A stretch of DNA of 64,000 bases from an uncultured Nitrospiraceae bacterium. GTDB taxonomy: Bacteria; Nitrospirota; Thermodesulfovibrionia; Thermodesulfovibrionales; SM23-35. Shown here in pieces: positions 1 through 10,479 of this stretch; position 1 is the first letter of the stretch; every line of letters starts with the position of its first letter. The notes below the pieces were generated by a model. That model was not told the origin of the DNA. It saw only the letters and a list, made by a program, of their open reading frames with translations, and did not search any database. A program made the translations under genes and the position numbers. The DNA lies in the NCBI GenBank assembly GCA_963727775.1, contig CAVSHB010000001.1:864001-928000 (forward strand). Direction: 5' to 3'.

Positions 1-72
1 GCGCACTTAAAGAGAAAAAGCAGCACTAAAAATAAACATTTGATAAGATAGCAAATAGAAGAAAGAGAAAAT

Positions 73-477
73 ATGAAAAGGTCATTTTATGTAATAATCA
101 TGTCTGTTTTTATTGGTTTGTTTTCGATACCGGTAACGATTTATGCACAATCTGACCAGGATGCAACAATAGTCTTTCCAATAGAGCAACCACTCGCCTG
201 TAAAAGCGCCTCATCGGTCAGACACTCTTTTATCGTAAAACTTAAAGATGAAATATCCTCAATCCTTAGTAAGATTAAATCTAAAATAACGGGAAAAGGC
301 GGCAGTTTCGATGGCAATAAGGAATGTGGCTCCTTTGAGGGCAAGTCAGTGCTCGGAACAATTAAGGTAGAGTATCGCAGTATTTCCGATAACGAAATAG
401 AAATTACCATTAAGGACAAACCGTTTGTTATCCCTTACAGCACGATTGAATTTGAGATAAAGAAATATCTCAGTTAG
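73..477 (+). CDS. Hypothetical exported protein
   Basis: 134-aa ORF with N-terminal signal-peptide-like segment (MKRSFYVIIMSVFIGLFSIPVTIYA); no family recognised. Confidence 0.6.
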   Translation: MKRSFYVIIMSVFIGLFSIPVTIYAQSDQDATIVFPIEQPLACKSASSVRHSFIVKLKDEISSILSKIKSKITGKGGSFDGNKECGSFEGKSVLGTIKVEYRSISDNEIEITIKDKPFVIPYSTIEFEIKKYLS

Positions 478-680
478 TGACTTCGCACAATTATATTTTT
501 CACGCCTATTCAAGCTTCAGCAACTGGGACCTCTCAATAGAGCGCGTATTGAAGAAAAAAATGGTTTGACAAACCGGACGCAATTGATATTATCTATTCG
601 TATAATGGGTTTAAAATGCGACGACTTGGTGCAAGGATGTTATTGTATAAACAAACTATAGATAAACTGAGGAGCGTGGG

Positions 681-2843
681 GTGGAAGCTATGAAGTGCTG
701 GGAAGTTTTTGAATGCAGGGAAAAAGAATGCCCGGCTTATAAGGCAAAGGCTCTCAATTGCTGGCTGTTCTCGGAAACCCATTGCCGTAACGAGATTCAG
801 GGGAAATTCCTTGAGAAGATGGAGATGTGCCTCGGGTGCAGGGTTTTTAAAATAAATATGGATGTTGAAGGGATGAAAGATACCATCAGCGTTGCCAATA
901 AACAGTTCAAGGAGTTCAGAAATATCGTCCGCAGCCGGGACAAGGAACTGGAGAATATCGGGTTGGAATTAGCTTTGGGCCTCTCGGAGGTCTTTGAGGC
1001 TTTAAAGAAGATTTCATCGGGAGACCCCACTGTAAGAATCCCCGAAAAATCCAGCATAGAGCTGATAGGCAAATTAAAGCATATCGTTAATTTAACTGCT
1101 GAAGAGATCGGTGAAATCGTTGATCAGTCTCATGAATTTGCGATAGTCCTTGCCGAGCATTTTGACGTATTGCATAAGGTATCGACGGGCGACCTGCGCG
1201 CAAGGGTGTCCGGCAAGTCGCAGATTGAACTGCTGGAGTCCCTGAAGAAGGTAATGAACAAGACAATCGAAAGTATTTCAAAAGAAATCAAAGAACGTAA
1301 TCGAGCAGAGGCTGCGTTGAAGAAGGCGCATGATGAACTCGAACAACGCGTTGAAGACCGCACCGCGGAACTGACGGAGGCAAATGAAAAAATGAGACAG
1401 GAAATTGCCGAGCGCAAACGGGTTGAAGAGGCGCTGCGGGAAAGCGAGATCAGGTTCCGCCGTGTGACGGAAGCCGCTTTTGAAGGTGTTGCGGTAACGA
1501 AGGGAGGCACATTAATTGACGTCAGTGCAAAGTTGGCAAAGTTGTTCGGGTATTTACGGAAGGAACTCATCGGGAAGTCTCTTGAAGGCCTTATAGCGCC
1601 AAAAACCCGTAAAGATACAATCGCGAAAATCCTTTCCGGGTATAGCATGTCTTATGAGAGCCTGTGCTTAAGGAAGGACGGGACAGTATTCCCTGTAGAA
1701 GTTTGCGGAAAGAACTATTCATCGAAGGGAAAAGAGCTCTGCGTTACGGCTATCCGCGATATTACCAAACGCAGGCTTCGGGAAGACGTGCTCCAGGAAA
1801 GTGAGGAGAAATATAAAACGCTGACGGAAAATTCACTGACAGGGATATTCATACACCAGAATGGGATGTTCGTTTTTGTCAATGATAAATTCGCAAAAAT
1901 GCACGGCTACAAACCCGAAGAGTTGCTGCATAAAGAACATTGGGTATTAGTCCATCCCGATGAAAGAAAACTCCTGAAGGAATTTGCTATGAAAAGGCTG
2001 GAAGGAAAACCTGTACCGCAACAATATGAAGTACGCAGGATGACAAAGGACGGAAAGACCATTTGGTGTGAGATGATGGCCACCGTTATTCAATATAGAG
2101 GCAAACCGGCAATCATGGGGAATGTTACTGATATTACAGAGCGGAAGCTGGCGGAGAGCGCCATTAAAAAAAGTGAAGAGCAGCTGCGGAATCTCACTTC
2201 ATATTTGCAAAAGGTCGGAGAGATAGAGAGAACGAATATTGCGCGTGAGATCCATGATGAATTGGGCCAGACCTTGACGGTCTTGAAAATGGATCTGTCT
2301 TGGCTGAGCCGGAGATTGGAGGATAATCAAATATCGCTGCTCGAAAAAACAGACGCAATGTCACACCTGATCAGTAAAACAATCCAGACCGTAAAAAAGA
2401 TTTCCACAGAACTGCGCCCCGGATTGCTGGATGACCTCGGTCTCTCAGCCGCTATCGAGTGGCAGGCCGAAGAATTTCAGAAACGGACAGGTATAAAATG
2501 TAAAATATCAATGGAACCTAAAGACATCACTTTTGACAGAGACCGCAATACCGCTATTTTTCGTATTTTTCAGGAGACTTTGACGAATATCGCGCGGCAT
2601 GCGGGGGCAACGGAAGTGAGCGTTAGCTTAAAACAAAAAGTGGGCCGGATAGAACTGACCGTGCGTGATAACGGCAGGGGAATTACCGAGGAGGAACTTG
2701 CCAACCCGAAATCGTTCGGGCTTATCGGTATCAGAGAACGCGTAAAAATATTCGGCGGAAATAACACAATAAAAGGTGTGCCCGGGCAGGGAACCACAGT
2801 GACTGTGAGAATGCCGGTCCGTGATATGATGGGAAATCGATGA
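681..2843 (+). CDS. PAS-domain sensor histidine kinase (HisKA_3/NarX-UhpB type) with Cys-rich N-terminal domain
   Basis: N-terminal CW...CPAY...CW...C...CxxC; two HAMP-like segments; two PAS/PAC; H-box IAREIHDELGQ; ATPase QETLTNIARH, DNGRG, FGLIGIRER. Confidence 0.93.
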   Translation: MEAMKCWEVFECREKECPAYKAKALNCWLFSETHCRNEIQGKFLEKMEMCLGCRVFKINMDVEGMKDTISVANKQFKEFRNIVRSRDKELENIGLELALGLSEVFEALKKISSGDPTVRIPEKSSIELIGKLKHIVNLTAEEIGEIVDQSHEFAIVLAEHFDVLHKVSTGDLRARVSGKSQIELLESLKKVMNKTIESISKEIKERNRAEAALKKAHDELEQRVEDRTAELTEANEKMRQEIAERKRVEEALRESEIRFRRVTEAAFEGVAVTKGGTLIDVSAKLAKLFGYLRKELIGKSLEGLIAPKTRKDTIAKILSGYSMSYESLCLRKDGTVFPVEVCGKNYSSKGKELCVTAIRDITKRRLREDVLQESEEKYKTLTENSLTGIFIHQNGMFVFVNDKFAKMHGYKPEELLHKEHWVLVHPDERKLLKEFAMKRLEGKPVPQQYEVRRMTKDGKTIWCEMMATVIQYRGKPAIMGNVTDITERKLAESAIKKSEEQLRNLTSYLQKVGEIERTNIAREIHDELGQTLTVLKMDLSWLSRRLEDNQISLLEKTDAMSHLISKTIQTVKKISTELRPGLLDDLGLSAAIEWQAEEFQKRTGIKCKISMEPKDITFDRDRNTAIFRIFQETLTNIARHAGATEVSVSLKQKVGRIELTVRDNGRGITEEELANPKSFGLIGIRERVKIFGGNNTIKGVPGQGTTVTVRMPVRDMMGNR

Positions 2844-3472
2844 TTAAGATTCTCATTGCCGACGACCATACGATTTTTCGTGAAGGACTGAAACATATCC
2901 TGGCAGAATACCCTGATGTGACCGTCACCGATGAAGCGAGTAACGGCCGTGAAGTCCTCGATAAAATCTGGAACAATGATTATGATATGGTCCTGCTCGA
3001 TATCTCCATGCCCGGAATGACCGGGCTTGAAGCGCTGAAACAGCTGAAAAATGAAAAACCTAAACTTCCCGTGCTTGTCTTAAGCATGCATCCTGAAGAA
3101 CAATATGCGGTTCGTGCCCTCAGGGCAGGCGCTTCCGGATACCTGACGAAAGAGAGCGCGCCTGATGAGTTGATGACTGCAATAAGGAAGATATCTCAAG
3201 GCAGAAAATATATCACTTCCTCTTTGGCTGAAAGATTGGCCTTCGAGGTTGAAGCCGATTCTGAAAAGCCTTTGCACGATATACTTTCGGACCGGGAATA
3301 CCAGGTGCTTCGCATGATCGCCGAGGGGAAGACGGTAAAACATATTGCCGAAGAACTTTCCCTGAGCATGAAGACCGTCAGTACCTATCGGACCCGGATC
3401 ATGGAAAAGATGAAAATGACTACAAACGCGGAACTGATGCATTACGCGATGAAACATCATATCCTGGACTGA
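2840..3472 (+). CDS. NarL/UvrY-family response regulator (REC + LuxR HTH)
   Basis: ILIADDH, LLDISMPG, GYLTKE, LSDREYQVL...KTVSTYR; ATGA overlap with the kinase. Confidence 0.95.
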   Translation: MIKILIADDHTIFREGLKHILAEYPDVTVTDEASNGREVLDKIWNNDYDMVLLDISMPGMTGLEALKQLKNEKPKLPVLVLSMHPEEQYAVRALRAGASGYLTKESAPDELMTAIRKISQGRKYITSSLAERLAFEVEADSEKPLHDILSDREYQVLRMIAEGKTVKHIAEELSLSMKTVSTYRTRIMEKMKMTTNAELMHYAMKHHILD

Positions 3473-3509
3473 TTCAGCTTATCCCGCCATTCAACACATA
3501 TCTGCCGTT

Positions 3510-3572
3510 GTAGGACAAAACCTTACCCCCAAAAGGCCGGAAGACCGACAAAATTATCAGACAAATGCCGAT
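3510..3572. promoter_or_regulatory. Candidate tandem operator upstream of the sigma factor
   Basis: Imperfect palindromes GTAGG-ACAAAA-CCTTAC and ATCAG-ACAAATG-CCGAT, with three GACAAA cores. Confidence 0.35.
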
Positions 3573-3666
3573 ATTTTTTCTTGCTTCCATATATCAAAAT
3601 TAAGTATGGATAAAAGAAAAAGAGCGCATCTAAAATTGTACACCGATTAAGTAGCAAGAGGTCCAT

Positions 3667-4713
3667 ATGAAAGAATCGGATAGTTACGCAAAGAACATTG
3701 ACTTATACGAAGAAAGAGAAGCGTACGATTTCCAGGGATTAAGCGACTGTGATACGGACATGTTGTTCCAACCCGAGTTGGAGTATCCTTCAGAGCAGGC
3801 CTTTAATATAGAGGATGAAGTTATAGCCGATCAAAAAACTTCTTGCGAAGGAGTGGTGAAGGAACACCCAACATACGGTGAAACTGAAGACCTTGTCCAG
3901 GCGTACTTCCACTCCCTGGGAGATATTTCGATACTTACGAAAGCCGAAGAAACAGCGCTCGCAAGAAGAATAGAGGAAGGGAATGAAGCTGCTGAAGCAA
4001 AGAACGAAATGATAATCCGCAACCTGAGGCTGGTAATAAATATAGCCAAACACTATATCGGCAGAGGGCTTTCGCTGCTTGATATGATTCAGGAAGGCAA
4101 TATAGGCCTTATGAAGGCGATAGACAAGTTTGACTATAAAAAGGGGTTTAAATTCAGCACCTATGCTTCATGGTGGATACGACAGGCGATTACAAAGGCG
4201 CTGTTGGACCAAACAAAGACGATCAGGGTCCCGGCGCATATAGTGGAACTTTATAACGAAGTTGTGAAGGCTTCGAAAGAACTGATATTGCAACTCGGGA
4301 GAGAACCATACACGGAGGAAATCGCAGAGCGTCTGAGGATCCCCGCAAAAAAAGTCGAACAGGTACTGAAGGCGATTCAGGACCCTGTGGCGCTCCAGAC
4401 TGCGATGGGGGATGATGATACAACGCTCGAAGATTTTATAGGCGATGATTCTCGTTCTTCGCCCTATTCAGACGCGGAAAAAAATAAAATTTCCGAACAG
4501 ATACTGAAAATCCTCCATACCCTTACCGATAGGGAGCAAACGATAATAAAAATGAGATTCGGCATCGGCCTTAACAGGACCTATACTCTAAGGGAAATAG
4601 GCAGCCGGCTTTCCATCACCTATGAAAGGGTCAGACAGATAGAGACCAAAGCCATACGGAAATTGAAGCATCCTCAACGGAGCAGGGAATTAAAGAGCTT
4701 GACAATAACTTAA
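3667..4713 (+). CDS. RNA polymerase sigma70 factor, RpoD/RpoS-like paralog lacking the non-conserved region
   Basis: NLRLVINIAKHY, DMIQEGNIGLMKA, FKFSTYASWWIRQAI, region 4 ERVRQIETKA. Confidence 0.93.
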   Translation: MKESDSYAKNIDLYEEREAYDFQGLSDCDTDMLFQPELEYPSEQAFNIEDEVIADQKTSCEGVVKEHPTYGETEDLVQAYFHSLGDISILTKAEETALARRIEEGNEAAEAKNEMIIRNLRLVINIAKHYIGRGLSLLDMIQEGNIGLMKAIDKFDYKKGFKFSTYASWWIRQAITKALLDQTKTIRVPAHIVELYNEVVKASKELILQLGREPYTEEIAERLRIPAKKVEQVLKAIQDPVALQTAMGDDDTTLEDFIGDDSRSSPYSDAEKNKISEQILKILHTLTDREQTIIKMRFGIGLNRTYTLREIGSRLSITYERVRQIETKAIRKLKHPQRSRELKSLTIT

Positions 4714-4723
4714 TTCAGGCGCC

Positions 4724-4975
4724 TTGAGAAAGAGCATGCAAATCGGCCAAAAACAGATAGAAGAACTCATGGAGGGATCGAAGGGCTTTGAAGGTTTTCA
4801 ATGTTATAAATTGGGCGTCGGAGTCCTCTGCAAAGCAGCCGATATAGGATTGGAGACGTTTCTTTTATGTTTGGAAAAAAAACCGGAGGGATGTAACTTT
4901 TCAGTGTCTTTTGGGAATGCATTATTTTGTAAATGTCCTCTACGCATCTTTATCGCAAGGGAAACGAAGGAGTAG
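4724..4975 (+). CDS. Small Cys-rich hypothetical protein
   Basis: Six Cys (FQCY, LCKA, LCLE, GCNF, FCKCPLR); directly follows the sigma gene; start uncertain. Confidence 0.65.
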   Translation: MRKSMQIGQKQIEELMEGSKGFEGFQCYKLGVGVLCKAADIGLETFLLCLEKKPEGCNFSVSFGNALFCKCPLRIFIARETKE

Positions 4976-4998
4976 ACTCGCGGTCCGGCACCCTATCT

Positions 4999-5433
4999 TC
5001 ACTCACAGGCAAAGAACGTTACATATGCTCCGGCTTTAGCGATTCCTGCATATTTTATTCTTTTGTCCAGGAGGTTTGCGTTATGTCTCCGGGAGTTCTT
5101 CCACCCATTGAATTGGTCTTCAGGCGCGGGCGAGTTCCATCCCACATTTTCAACGCAGTGCATACGCTTGCATTGTTTAAACCTCTCATCAAACGCGTTA
5201 TGGTTCAGAGAATTATTATCATTCATGTCTTTGCAGTGTTCTATTGCAAGTCTGTACAATGTTTCATCAGCGGACAGAGGATTCAATCGGTTCATTAGTC
5301 TGTAATGGTTTATAAGACGCAGGAGCCTTTCTTCATAAGTTGATGCTCTGTTCTTATCAACTGCAATTGCAGACTGCATTAACAGCGGCACTGTTAACAC
5401 CGAAGCAAGAATATAGATTAATCTGCGGCGCAT
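4999..5433 (-). CDS. Secreted CAP (SCP-like) domain protein
   Basis: Signal peptide; LINHYR, ENVG, WKNSRRHNANLL. Confidence 0.88.
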   Translation of the reverse strand: MRRRLIYILASVLTVPLLMQSAIAVDKNRASTYEERLLRLINHYRLMNRLNPLSADETLYRLAIEHCKDMNDNNSLNHNAFDERFKQCKRMHCVENVGWNSPAPEDQFNGWKNSRRHNANLLDKRIKYAGIAKAGAYVTFFACE

Positions 5434-5582
5434 GACTTTTTAGTCCCTATCATCTTTTTGATATATTCCTCAACGCAAAAGAGGGTATCGAGTTCTTTCC
5501 CCGCAATCTCTTGCAGGCGCGTCCATAACCGAACGTCTTATGAAGAGTATGCACTGAAGTGATTGAGCGGACTACATCGCTT

Positions 5583-6365
5583 TCAGGTTGTTCGGGCGTA
5601 TAAATACTCATCTATGCCGGTCTGTGATTTTAACCCTTGATATGTGATATCGGCTATCTTGAAAAGATTGACCGTGTCTTCCCTGTTGTAGGTTTTGAGG
5701 AGTTCAAGAGCCTCGCTGCTGCCTTTGTGCGCGCGCTCCCAGAGCTTGACAGCGTCGTAGCCATTGAAATCCCTGACCGTTTCATCCCTTTCGATGCCGA
5801 GATTTACTTCAAGTTTCTTGAGTCCTCCTTTGAACCCGAGCTTTTTTGACCCAAAGCAGATATCAAAATGCGGGATATCGAACTTCAGTCCGGGCATCGC
5901 TCTCATCAGGTAAGGTATATCAAAGCCGGTGCCGAAGAATGTTATGAGATATTTATATCCGGACAATTCCTTTTTCAGGTTGCCGGTAGTCAGGTTTATA
6001 TCTTTTATAAAACAGGTATAATCATATCCGTCGTACAAACCGACGACGGTTACGTATCCTCCTTTGCCTGGCATAAGCCCGTTCGTTTCGATATCCAGGC
6101 ATACCGCCCTGTTTTTGAATATATCAAAGAGCCTCCAGTGCTCTCTCCTCTTTATCGCAGTCCCGAAGTACACTGCATTGGCGTTGTCGAGTTCTATTGC
6201 TGCAGAGGACAAATACTGATCAAAAAGGTTTTTTTTATAACTGCTTATAAAATTTATATCGGATGCATCGATAAAATCAGGCCAGGTAAGTATTCCATTT
6301 CTCCAGAGTCTTTTTTCAAGCTTCTCACCGATTCCGTTTAGGATGCTGAAAGTGTTCCTTATCAT
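5583..6365 (-). CDS. RNase H-like 3'-5' exonuclease (YprB-like)
   Basis: CLDIETNG, FFGTGFDIPYL, GGLKKLE, YNREDTVNL. Confidence 0.85.
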   Translation of the reverse strand: MIRNTFSILNGIGEKLEKRLWRNGILTWPDFIDASDINFISSYKKNLFDQYLSSAAIELDNANAVYFGTAIKRREHWRLFDIFKNRAVCLDIETNGLMPGKGGYVTVVGLYDGYDYTCFIKDINLTTGNLKKELSGYKYLITFFGTGFDIPYLMRAMPGLKFDIPHFDICFGSKKLGFKGGLKKLEVNLGIERDETVRDFNGYDAVKLWERAHKGSSEALELLKTYNREDTVNLFKIADITYQGLKSQTGIDEYLYARTT

Positions 6366-6420
6366 TTATCTCCGGTTCTCTGAAACTGTTAATAGATTAT
6401 GATCCTTCAATTATTTAAAA

Positions 6421-7113
6421 TCATTTCTCCATTCTTTGTAAACCCTCTGCCGCCTTTTGCTGAGAAGGGTTGATTTTTATGGCCTTTTCAAATGCAGATT
6501 TCGCCCTCAATTTATAACCGAGTTCCAGGTAGATGTGTCCGAGTTCCGCAAGATAATCGGGATTCAAAGGATCGAGTTTAACGGCCTGACCAAGAATTCT
6601 GCCTGCTTCACTGAATTTATTCTCTTTCTTTAATATGATGCCGAGAAAGAAGAAGTAGGACGGTACAGAGTTGTCAAGATAAATAGCCTGTTCAAACAAC
6701 CTTTTTGCCTCGTCATACAATCCGTTGCTGAAAGCATCTTTTCCTTCCCTGAATTTAGTTCTTGCCATATCTGTATTGTTTATTCGGGCGCCGGTATCCT
6801 GTTCCGTGGAATGCCCGAATGAGAGGCTCATATCATATTGAATCCTCATCCGGGGGTCGGAGAGGATTTTATATACTTTTGTCAAATGGGAAAAGATCGC
6901 ATTCAATCTGTCTTTTAATACAGCGGAAGCGATATACGAATGTCTGTCAGGATGAAATTCTTTAGCGGCTTTATAATACGCCTTTTTGATCTCATTAAGA
7001 GTGGCGGCCTTTTCGACTCCTAAAAAGCTGTAGTTGTCGATGGAATCAATCTTCTCGTAGAGGGTATCGGCTCTCTCCGGAAAATCAGGATCTTCCTCGA
7101 TAGTATCACTCAT
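6421..7113 (-). CDS. DnaJ-domain / TPR protein
   Basis: J domain with EFHPDR motif; C-terminal TPR repeats. Confidence 0.85.
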   Translation of the reverse strand: MSDTIEEDPDFPERADTLYEKIDSIDNYSFLGVEKAATLNEIKKAYYKAAKEFHPDRHSYIASAVLKDRLNAIFSHLTKVYKILSDPRMRIQYDMSLSFGHSTEQDTGARINNTDMARTKFREGKDAFSNGLYDEAKRLFEQAIYLDNSVPSYFFFLGIILKKENKFSEAGRILGQAVKLDPLNPDYLAELGHIYLELGYKLRAKSAFEKAIKINPSQQKAAEGLQRMEK

Positions 7114-7226
7114 TGCGTCTTCATGAGCCTTCGGCCTGTCCTTTTGCTTTCATGTCAATTATCCTCTGCACATCAGGGAATAAATAGTATTCATTGTCAA
7201 CAGATTATTCAGGCGTGGATAAGCGC

Positions 7227-8033
7227 TTATATTTTGGCATCGGGAAGATTGATTTTTATGACCTGGCCTTTTTCTCCAAGGTTTCTGATTTCCTTGCCGT
7301 TAAAAACTAACCTTATTCCTCCTGCATTGCCGATTTTCAGGATAAAAAATTTATTTGCATACCATTTTACGGACTCACCGGGTTTCATCAATATTTCCCT
7401 TGAATCCGCATTATCGCTGGTAACAAGAAGCCATGTGGTATCAATAGCAAAAACCTCGAGGACCTGCTGCGAGGTCTTTGCTATTGATCCGGCGTTTGCC
7501 GAAAGGTTGTCCGTCACACGCGGGCCTGTTTTTTGTTTTCCTTTTTCATCCGTTGGACGCAAGAGAGCGGAAGGACCGTCCCGGCGTTCCTTTGCGGTCG
7601 TTTGAGGCGTGCTCAATGCCGGCTGGATCCGCTGGGAGGGCGGATTGGTAGGACCGGAAAAAATAAGTTTATTCGGGAAGCGAATAAATGTAACAAGGAT
7701 TATTGCAAAAGACAAGAGCAGCGCAGGGACAATAAAGTACTTGACTTTTGAAGGTCTCCTGTCCGTATTTTCCTTTTCGGGGAGGTTGATTTTCTCGTTC
7801 ATGGAGGCCGATAATTGTTCCTTATAAGCCTTGACCGCGAATTCAGGATCAATGCCGAGGGTCCTTGCGTATTCGTGGATATATCCTTTTACATAAACTT
7901 CTGCAGGAAGCCTTTCGATATTTCCATCTTCAATCGATTTGAGATAATCATATCCTATTTTAAGGCTGTTGGATATTTCCCTGAGATCCATGCCCAATTC
8001 TTCGCGCTTTTTCTTTAGAATCTCTCCTACCAA
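7227..8033 (-). CDS. rodZ: RodZ-like HTH / TM / DUF4115 protein
   Basis: N-terminal HTH (YLKSIEDG...YVKGYI), single TM, C-terminal IGNAGGIRL. Confidence 0.8.
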   Translation of the reverse strand: MVGEILKKKREELGMDLREISNSLKIGYDYLKSIEDGNIERLPAEVYVKGYIHEYARTLGIDPEFAVKAYKEQLSASMNEKINLPEKENTDRRPSKVKYFIVPALLLSFAIILVTFIRFPNKLIFSGPTNPPSQRIQPALSTPQTTAKERRDGPSALLRPTDEKGKQKTGPRVTDNLSANAGSIAKTSQQVLEVFAIDTTWLLVTSDNADSREILMKPGESVKWYANKFFILKIGNAGGIRLVFNGKEIRNLGEKGQVIKINLPDAKI

Positions 8034-8138
8034 CGGGCCTCCTTAAAACAGGCATTTTTCTAATAATAACACATGGCATATGTAAGGGCAACACACCGCA
8101 AGGGCGGCGCAAGCCACTCTATGCTATTATAACTAATA

Positions 8139-9383
8139 ATGGACCGCGTTGTTGTAACAGGGATGGGCGCTGTCAGCCCTATAGGAAATACATTGTATGA
8201 GTCCTGGACCGCTGCTAAGGCGGGTATGTCGGGCATAGCGCCGATAACAAGATTCGATGCGTCCATGACGCCGTGGAAAGTGGCCGGCGAGGTCAAAGGG
8301 TTTGATGCGGCAGCATATCTTTCCCTAAAGGAGATAACAAGACTTGACCGGTTTATACACTATGCTGTTGCTGCTGCGGTAATGGCGGCGGAAGACGCCG
8401 GTACCGGCGATCTCGAAAAAGCCGGGGTTATTATCGGTTCAAGCCGCGGAGGGATAAGTACATTTGAACAGGCCATAATCGACAGTACCCGGTCATCGGT
8501 AAAAGACCGGCATAGAGGATATCTGCCCAGGCGTCATGTGTCCGCATATCTTATGGCTGCAACAACAATCAGCATGGCTTCATCTTATGTCGCAAGGAAA
8601 CTGGGCATAAAAGGCCACTGCCTGGGCGTGTCCAATGCATGCGCTTCGGGCGCGAATGCTATCGGGGAGGCATATCGTCTGATCAGGTCGGGATATAATG
8701 GCCCGGTGCTTTGCGGCGGTACAGAGGCGCCTGTCTGCAGGATATGCATGGAAGGGTATGGATCATCGGGGGTGTTATCCGCGGGCAGTGATTATTCTGC
8801 AAGCAGGCCGTTTGACAGAACAAGAGACGGGTTTGTCCTTTCGGAGGGGGCGTGCGTCCTGGTTCTGGAGGAGCTTAAGAGCGCGGCGGACAGAGGCGCA
8901 AGGATATATGGGGAAATCACAGGATACGGCAATACCTCGGATGCTTTTCACCAGATTGTTCCGTCAGCAGAAGGAGAGGCAAGGGCGATAAAGTCCGCAA
9001 TAGAGGAAGCAGGATTAAAGCCGGCAAATATACACTTTATTAGCGCGCACGGCACTTCAACCATACTTGGCGACAAAACGGAAACTCAGGCGATTAAGCT
9101 GGTATTCGACAAAAATGCCTATCAGGTTCCCGTAACTTCCCTAAAATCATCCACAGGCCATATGCTCGCTGCGTCAGGCGCGATTGAGGCGGCTTTTACA
9201 TTGCTGAGCATGAACGAAGGGATTATCCCGCCGACAATAAATTTAAAGGAGAGAGATCCAGAATGTGATCTCGGTTATGTGACCGGGGGGCAGGGCAAAG
9301 CCGATATTGAGTTTGCAATGTCTCTATCGTTTGGGTTCGGTGGCGTAAACGCAGCGCTGGTTTTTAAAAGACCGGGCGACTGA
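8139..9383 (+). CDS. fabF: Beta-ketoacyl-ACP synthase II
   Basis: RVVVTGMG, catalytic NACASG, AHGTST, GHMLAA, SFGFGG. Confidence 0.9.
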   Translation: MDRVVVTGMGAVSPIGNTLYESWTAAKAGMSGIAPITRFDASMTPWKVAGEVKGFDAAAYLSLKEITRLDRFIHYAVAAAVMAAEDAGTGDLEKAGVIIGSSRGGISTFEQAIIDSTRSSVKDRHRGYLPRRHVSAYLMAATTISMASSYVARKLGIKGHCLGVSNACASGANAIGEAYRLIRSGYNGPVLCGGTEAPVCRICMEGYGSSGVLSAGSDYSASRPFDRTRDGFVLSEGACVLVLEELKSAADRGARIYGEITGYGNTSDAFHQIVPSAEGEARAIKSAIEEAGLKPANIHFISAHGTSTILGDKTETQAIKLVFDKNAYQVPVTSLKSSTGHMLAASGAIEAAFTLLSMNEGIIPPTINLKERDPECDLGYVTGGQGKADIEFAMSLSFGFGGVNAALVFKRPGD

Positions 9384-10341
9384 ATTCCATCATAGCTTCT
9401 TCTTCCGGGTTATCTGTCAGGTCTCTGTATTTGGGTGAAAAGTGCATAACAACAAGCTTTCTTACCCCTGCTTCCTTTGCGATCCTGCCGGTGATCTTTG
9501 CAGTTAGATGGAACCTCTGCAATGCCCTGTCAGCGTCTTTATCCATAAAATGCGCCTCGCAGTAGAAGGTGTCCGAATCATGCGCAAAAGAGATGATCCT
9601 CTTGATGTTTTCTTCGGAAATCGACACATCAGTTACATATGAGATTTTCTGGCCTTTTGTAATCTTTGCGATTTCACCGAGTTCTTCTAATTTGTAAACA
9701 CTGCCGGAGATTGCGAATTCTGTTTCCGCCGGCCTTTGTTCTCTGATGGCCTTTTTGAGTTCCGCAAGCCAGGGCCCGACCGGGAGTCCTAATGTCCTCA
9801 GGCAGGCTTTATCTATATTGATGTGGTACTCTTCCTCGACGGAAAAGGCGAGGCAGGGTATCTGATGTTCCAACTGCGTTGCCTTTATTGTAAACAGAGG
9901 TTCTTTGAGGAGAACACCATTGAACTCAGATATATTATTTTTTCTTTTCCTGAAAGAATTCTCAGCGTGAAAGCTCGAAGAGATAATCCTGTCCCCATCT
10001 ACGCAGAAGACCTCGATCTTTAAAGGGTATTCCTTTATAAGGTTCCATGCATAACCTTTCAGTTTGCCTTCTACACAATCGGTTATATTGGAAGGGCCGT
10101 ACACTCTCAAAGGGGTTTCCCTTCTCAAGAGCGCCCTGATAAGGACGTCGAATCCGATGAAGTGATCGATGTGCGTGTGGGTCACAAAGACGTCGGTTAT
10201 CTTCTGCAAATCACCGGGACCGAGCCTGGAGATGTTACCGATATCGAACAGAAACGCCCTCCTTTCCCTCATGATCCTGACGAAGAGTGAAGGGTCTTCA
10301 AACGGGTTATTTATAAGATTGTGTATGAATGTAGGTTTCAT
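9364..10341 (-). CDS. Ribonuclease Z-like metallo-beta-lactamase fold protein
   Basis: THTHIDHFIG motif, FHLTA, MHFSPKY; start moved to ATG 10341 (MKPTF). Confidence 0.85.
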   Translation of the reverse strand: MKPTFIHNLINNPFEDPSLFVRIMRERRAFLFDIGNISRLGPGDLQKITDVFVTHTHIDHFIGFDVLIRALLRRETPLRVYGPSNITDCVEGKLKGYAWNLIKEYPLKIEVFCVDGDRIISSSFHAENSFRKRKNNISEFNGVLLKEPLFTIKATQLEHQIPCLAFSVEEEYHINIDKACLRTLGLPVGPWLAELKKAIREQRPAETEFAISGSVYKLEELGEIAKITKGQKISYVTDVSISEENIKRIISFAHDSDTFYCEAHFMDKDADRALQRFHLTAKITGRIAKEAGVRKLVVMHFSPKYRDLTDNPEEEAMMEFSRPVF

Positions 10342-10479
10342 TGGTGATTGTATTTCCTTGTGATATAATATACCAAAATTAAAAAAGAGCGTGGAACATG
10401 GGCAGAAGCGCCGTTCTTTGCGAAAGATTTGATTTTTCATTCCCGGCGTTTTTTGCTTTCCATCTATAGAGGGGGGGAA

